From: Camelus dromedarius
Taxonomy: Eukaryota
Length of the DNA: 64,000 bases
NCBI RefSeq assembly: GCF_036321535.1
Contig: NC_087462.1
Location: 18,910,001-18,974,000 of the forward strand
Reading direction: 5' to 3'
Made by a program: the position numbers and the translations under genes. The first letter of the stretch is position 1, and every line of letters begins with the position of its first letter. This document shows positions 60,586-64,000 of this stretch, in pieces. The notes beneath the pieces are model-generated. The model had not been told where the DNA came from. It ran no database searches and saw nothing but the letters and a program-made list of their open reading frames with translations.

Positions 60586-62032
60586 CCATCTTTTCTAAAC
60601 CAGCAGGCAGCAATCTCTCTCTCCACAGCCTTTGAGATGACTGACAGCTTTTGGTGGCCAATCAGCTGCTGGGGAACAGAAGAGTGGGAGGACTGGAGTC
60701 CCAGGGCCTTGGACTTGGCCATCTCAGGTGTTTTCTTTCTTCTGGGGCTGTAGGTTGGGCAGTGTAGGGACCTGGGCCTGGCGGGCCACGTGACATGTCT
60801 AGTGTACCTGCGTGACCTCATTTAGTCCTCATAACAACACTTATTAAAATTAATAGCTGTTATCTCACCAGCCTGTGTCAGTGAGGCCACATTCACAGTC
60901 ATAACTCAGAAGGCCTTGGTTCACACTCACACTTGTTCTTCGCAGAACGTCAGCTACAAAATGTGGCATCGGCTGTTTCTTTCTCCTGCTGCTCTGCTTC
61001 TCCCCTGAAGCACTGCTTTGTCCGAGAAACTGCTCCCTCCCACCAGGCAGCACCCCAGGCTGGGGCCAGATGCCAGCGCAGCCACCAAGCTGCCCTCTGA
61101 CTGTCCAGCTGCTCCCGCGAGCTCCTTTCCCCAGGATGTGCTCTCTTGCAGGAAACGCTCAGATCCCCTCACCGAAGCTGGTGGAGGGACCACCGCCGGC
61201 TTGCCAGCACCCTCAGACACAGCCAATCCCAGCCTAGATTCTTCACAGGGTCCCCATCTCACTCATGACTAAAGGTGCATCTCTGGAGGGGGACTGCCCT
61301 AGTTTGGATCCACACGCCCACCACAGTCACTTAATTTCACTGTATTTAGCTTCTCGTGCCTCCGTTTTCTCATGCCTGTTTCATAGAGCAGAGGTGAGGG
61401 ATGAATGAGCTCATCCTTGTAAAAAGCTTAGAGTAATACTCAACCCACAATAAGTGCTCAATTAATCCAAACATCACTGTCTAATAGAAAAGATCATTTG
61501 TTGAGTGATGACTATGTGCCAAACCCAGGGCTACCTGCAGCTCTTATTTTCACAGTGACCCTAAGAGGTAGGTATTCAAACCCCTCAATTAACAGATGAG
61601 ATCATGAGGCACTTGCCGAGAGGTTGCTGTCTCCCAGCACTGAGTGACGGCCTGGAGGGGGCTTCCAGGTCCGTCCGACTCTGAAGTCCCTGCTCAGTCC
61701 ACTCACGACAGAGAAAATACAGCCTTTTCTTATGTAGAGTCGATCACCGCCGGCTGAATGCTTTATTTCAGGGAGGGTCCTTTTGTTCGCCTGGGAGTGG
61801 CCGTAAATAAACTAGCCAGGACTCTCTGGGGTCACGGAAATATGGTACAGACCCAAGATGAGGGTCTCAGCTGAGGGGAGGGATCCTGAAGGGCAGAGAT
61901 CGCTAATGTGGAGCCTGGTTAATTTCCAGCCGAATCATGCTCAGTGGGAATTCGTTTCTCATCTCCCGATGAAATCTTCAGTAAAATCTACATGACTTGC
62001 CCATGCTTTTAGAACTGCATTTGTTTGGGGGC

Positions 62033-62415
62033 TGTATTAGCTAGCTTCCTGTGGCTGCTGTAACAAATTACCACAAATTTGATGGGCTGAAAAAAAAACC
62101 AGAAATTTATTCTCTCACGGTTCTGAAAGTCAGAATTCTGCAGTCAGTATCACTGGGCCAAAATCAAGGTGTTGTCGCGGCCACATCCCTCCATTCGCTG
62201 CCTCCTTCCACTCTTCTGTCAGATCTCCTTCTGCCTTCCTATTATAAGGGTACACGGGGTTTCATTTAGAGTCCACCCAGATAATCCTGGGTGGTGTCCC
62301 ATCTCAAGATCTTTAACTTAACCACATAGCAAAGTCTTTGCCAGATGAGGACATTCACAGAGGTTCCAGGGACTAGAATGTGGCCATCCGGGGGGCCTTT
62401 ATTCAGGGTACCATA
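62033..62415 (-). mobile_element. MaLR solo LTR (MLT1B/C-like, internally deleted)
   Basis: tgtattagctagcttcctgtggctgctgtaacaaattaccacaaattt...atctcaagatctttaacttaaccacatagcaaagtc. Confidence 0.9.
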
Positions 62416-63639
62416 GGGAGGATAGGATGAAGGAGGATGGCCTCAGGAGGAGTGTGAAGCTGGAGGCCAGGCTGTCTGGAGGGACCACATCACACTCAGG
62501 TCGCACACAAGATCACACCACCACTAGCGAACATCAGAGCTAGGGCCCTTGGCCCTGGGTCCGAGGCTCTCTGCGGGCCATACACCGCTCCTGCCTCTTG
62601 CTTTGATGGGTCTTGCATGGTAATGGCCCCTTACTTGGGGCCTGTCTGGGTCACCTGGATACCATCTGGAAGGTTTCCACATCAGGGCTGTGCCAGGGCC
62701 AGGGGAGTGAAGACAGGTAAAGAGTGGGCACCAAAACTTGACACAGAGTTCTGTTTGGCACACACCCCATATCCTGCCCTTTTCCCTGGTCTCCCACAGC
62801 TGTCACCCGGGCCCTCCTAGGAATGAGGAAACCCTTAAATTCATTCCAGATAAGACTCCATTTCGTCCAGCTGTCATCAGTCAAACACGAGAGGGGAACA
62901 AAAGGTATGAAAGAGCTTTAAATCCTGAGGCAGCCAATCTGCTGGGCTTCACCTTGTAGTCATGTGAGAATGGTCGGATAACATCCATCGTGTGACCTCA
63001 GCAGTTCACTTTGCTTCTCTGTGCCTCAGTTTACTGACCCATAAAATGGGGGAGAACTATGTCTACACCCAACTGACTCATAATGAAAATGAAATTAGCG
63101 TGAAGGTGGAATTTCTTCATTCAGAGAAATGACAGCCCCACGGCCTTGGGCTTGGGTGCAGCTCCTTCCCTGCTCTGTAAAGTCTTCTCTGCTGGAGGAA
63201 ACGTTCAGAACCCAGAATTAAGGTCCTAGTTGGAAGCACAATCCTGGGTGGAGGCAGGGAAGGTTACTCTGGCTCAGAGTCGGGCTCTGAATGCTTGGAT
63301 TTTGTGCTTTGACATTACTTGTCATCACTCTCCAACAGGGAGATGTCTGTTTCCCCCAGTGTGATAGCAATGTAATGGGGCTCCCGGGGCACTCCACAAT
63401 GCCATGCTCCGGGCAGGAAAAAGTTGTTCACCACGGTGTGTGCTGTTTGCTCCGTCTCCTGCAGAATCGCAGAATCCTACATAGCAAAGACGGGAAAAGA
63501 GAAAGCCATCTTCTCCACAGTGGCTTCTTATCACACAGAATGAGAAAGCTCTTCCTCACTTCCTCCCACTCACGTGGGCGAGTCAACAGAGCAACGGCAA
63601 CCACGAGGCTGTTTATTTATGTTTCTGCCCGATTATAAT

Positions 63640-63850
63640 TACAACGATCACTAGCATTTATTGAGCTGGCTGCGTCAGGCACCATGCTAAGCACTTCAGT
63701 GCACGCGTGATCATAGGCAGAATCCTTCCAAAGAGCTTAGGACGCAGGAGGCATTGTTTTACAGATGAGGAAACTGATGCACAAAGAGGTTGAATTTGAA
63801 TCTCTTGTCAGCCTAATGCTGGCATCTAAGCACTTAGCCATTTCACTGAA
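63640..63850 (-). mobile_element. MIR SINE
   Basis: ctagcatttattgagc...caggcaccatgctaagcactt...ttttacagatgaggaaactga. Confidence 0.88.
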
Positions 63851-64000
63851 TCTTTTGATTAATTTTGTGTATGTGTGTGCGTTTCATAATTGTTGTTTTT
63901 TTTTTGTGACACATACAGATACAGTTGAACAAAACTTTTTAAACGCTAACTTGCTCATTTATGCTAGTCAGAAAATTGTGACAAATAGGAAAATGCAAGT

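Noticed and set aside
60946-61237. Frame after a good acceptor reading CGIGCFFLLLCFSPEALLCPRNCS, like a signal peptide plus LRR N-cap
   Set aside because: No leucine-rich repeats follow, no ATG in a suitable position, and the frame ends in low-complexity Pro-rich sequence
1-64000. Assigning the locus to a named gene region (for example HORMAD2-LIF or other deserts)
   Set aside because: No exon sequence matched proteins I can recall, so no gene symbol is given
1-64000. CRISPR arrays, tRNA, rRNA, snRNA or pre-miRNA genes, prokaryote-type systems
   Set aside because: No regularly spaced repeat-spacer array, no structured-RNA signature or long miRNA-like hairpin seen; sequence is clearly mammalian

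Overview
Placental-mammal genomic DNA from a draft assembly (four N gaps, 914 N in total). The young L1 3' ends resemble camelid L1 as I recall it, and I see no Alu, BovB/Bov-tA, PRE-1 or SINEC, so a camelid is my best guess (inference). The window is essentially non-coding, either a gene desert or a very large intron. It is dense in ancient repeats: MIR, L2, L1M/L1MB fragments, MaLR MLT1 LTRs, an ERV1 solo LTR and hAT MITEs (MER5A, MER20, MER58). I recognise no protein-coding gene, RNA gene or CRISPR-type structure, and the ORF track looks spurious. Several repeat-free islands with retained CpGs and dense homeodomain/Sox/TCF/RFX/CTCF motifs look like conserved enhancers or insulators (about 11.4, 17.8, 28.0, 51.6-52.2, 57.7 and 58.6 kb). 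There is also a plausible + strand terminal exon with a poly(A) site near 16.1-16.5 kb, a scrambled tail-less L1 insert at 53.9-54.2 kb and a 101-bp tandem duplication at 35.8 kb. I found no convincing novel biological system. Repeat family names come from my memory of consensus sequences and repeat boundaries are approximate.
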